NCBI RefSeq assembly: GCF_009914755.1
Contig: NC_060928.1
Direction: 5' to 3' (one strand)
Length of the DNA: 64,000 nucleotides
Origin: the human T2T-CHM13v2.0 reference genome, Homo sapiens
The notes under the pieces are model-generated. The model was not told where the DNA came from. It saw nothing but the letters and a program-made list of their open reading frames with translations, and searched no databases. Every line of letters begins with the position of its first letter. Position 1 is the stretch's first letter. The translations under genes and the position numbers were made by a program. Positions 62,106-64,000 of this stretch are shown here, piece by piece.

Positions 62106-62749
62106 AAATATTTACAAATAATTATAATTTGGTAAATACAGTGATAAAGAATATACCTATAACCTGAGAACTGAAGTTATTATGAAAATAATAACTTGAA
62201 GTAAGGAAGAACACCTAAATTAGCTTAGTAGAATGGTTTCAGGAAAGACTTCCTGGAGTAGGTGACATTTAGTCTGAAAAACTAAATAGGAGTTAACGAA
62301 ACAAGGGGGATGGGCAGAGGAGTCACCAAGAGGTTGGAGGAGGGTCTTTAGTCGCCCATGGCCAGTTTGAGTCTTGAGATAAGCAGATGCCAGGGTGGAA
62401 TTGAATCTGATTAGTTTCAGTTGTTAATAACTCCTAACTTTATATCTCTACCACAGACTCAGTTCCAGTTATAACCAGCTACCAGACAGCGTTTTTAACC
62501 AGCTAAGGGAGGTGGGGTGTGCAGAATTCCCTGCTGAGAAGATGCCATAATCTCTACTCTTCCTATAGACATGGATCCTTCTTTCAGGTTCTATTATCTC
62601 TGTGGGCCTGTCCTGTTTATTTTTTAAAGTTGTATTGTTTTATATAAAAGATACTTAATAAAATACTTAGGGTTTTTTTTTTAGTGATTGGAATCTGTAA
62701 AAAATAAAATTAATTTAAAAAAATCTTTGCAATGATATCCAAAATTTAA

Positions 62750-62810
62750 ATATATATATATATATTACTGGATAGATACATGTATATATATATTTACTGG
62801 ATATATATAT

Positions 62811-62844
<34 letters not shown>

Positions 62845-62845
62845 C
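62750..62845. repeat. (TA)n/(TG)n compound microsatellite
   Basis: Direct observation. Confidence 0.9.
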
Positions 62846-63292
62846 TCCAGTAAAAGATAGTGAATAGAACACCTATATGAGCTTATCAATTCTCCTTTCC
62901 AAACATCACAAAAATGATGGCAGGAAATAAACTTTTAAAAATTTAGAACCTTAAATAAAAGGAAAACTAGAGATAAAATAACAACAGTGAGAACTGTCAA
63001 AAATAGGTTAAAAACCGGAAAGCATATGATCAAGTAACAATTGACTTCTTAGCTGAACAGAGGAAGTTAAAAGTTAAGTACCTGTAGCTGGGAAAGTCAA
63101 GAAGCAAACTAATTCATTCCTGAAAAGGAATGAATGGAGCTTTCCTTCCTAGAGAAATCAAGGAGAGAAAAGACCTCATACTAAAAACTGGTGGGCTGCC
63201 AAAGATACGGTTGGCTATCTCCTGACAACCTTACACTGAAGCCCAATAATTGAATTTACTTGTCTATGGTAAATGTATGTGTAATTTATTTG

Positions 63293-64000
63293 GGGTCAGC
63301 TACATTATGTAACGAGCCCCTTGTTCAAAAAGCAGAAAAAAGGTGTCATTAAAAATATAAAATATAAAGCTTTTTCCTTTCTTCCTTGGTCTTTTTTTCA
63401 GTTTGTCATGGTTTTTTATTTTTTATTTGCTAGTTAAAATTTTTTCTAAGGAAGGAAAAATTTTAAATTATTAGGCTGAATTTTGTCATTCGTCTTTATA
63501 TTGCATAATGCTAGCTTTAAATGTATATATGTACATTTAACTCCTATGTAGGATCACCAAAATCACACAATTCTTATTTTGTAGTTCATACATGCACATA
63601 TATTTTGTTCTTACCAGAACAGTGGAAACACTACACAAAATTTACTCAATTTTTTATTTCAAGTCTACCAACACATTCTACCAACACTCTCTACCTTTGA
63701 CTTATGGCATCATTACTTTCAGCAAAACCAGCTGTGTAATACTAGGAAACAATGGGAATAAGAAAGGATATCATAGGATTCCTTGCTCATTTGTGTTTCT
63801 TAGAATGCCATTGTCTTCTTTTTGCATTAGAAACAACTCTAGTTCAAATAAAAAACATAGCCTCAAGAGGTTATCAGTATTTATGTTTACTCAGACTTAG
63901 CTGTAACATGTTTACCTTGTGCTAGCTGTGAGTCTCATTAAACTTGTAGGCACCACTGGGTCCCTTGGAATTCTGTGTTCATGGGGTATCTCCAACACTA
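63293..64000. mobile_element. hAT-Tip100 (MER45/Zaphod-related) fragment running off the window end
   Basis: Start GCTACATTATG...GCCCCTTGTTCAAAAA resembles the MER45A end at 37376-37433. Confidence 0.5.

Noticed and set aside
62793-62854. TTTACTGGA...TCCAGTAAA inverted repeat around a TA/TG microsatellite
   Set aside because: Short arms in low-complexity sequence; explained by local slippage or template switching, with no sign of function.

Overview
Primate (most likely human or other hominoid) nuclear DNA: AT-rich, intergenic or intronic, and dominated by transposable elements. I found no credible protein-coding exon, RNA gene or CRISPR array. The long ORFs in the track come from Alu, L1 ORF1/ORF2 relics, LTR12 or simple repeats. 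Main components: the 3' part of a decayed class-I ERV (MER65/MER4-group-like) with an env TM relic, PPT and 3' LTR (1-6006); a near full-length decayed L1PB on the minus strand (~6325-13680); a 5'-inverted L1 (17441-19650); an intact solo LTR12 (ERV9) with a 4-bp TSD and CCAAT repeat array (38613-39917); about 32 Alu-family copies including fossil monomers; MaLR and ERVL LTRs; DNA-transposon relics (MADE1, MER53, MER5, MER45A, Tigger3, MER1B, MER44, MER58-like); and microsatellites. I see no new biological system. The most unusual structures are local rearrangements: a 63-bp templated insertion inside the L1PB copied from about 2 kb away, and a 69-nt fold-back hairpin inside a fossil Alu monomer. 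Subfamily names come from recalled consensus motifs and need RepeatMasker/Dfam confirmation.
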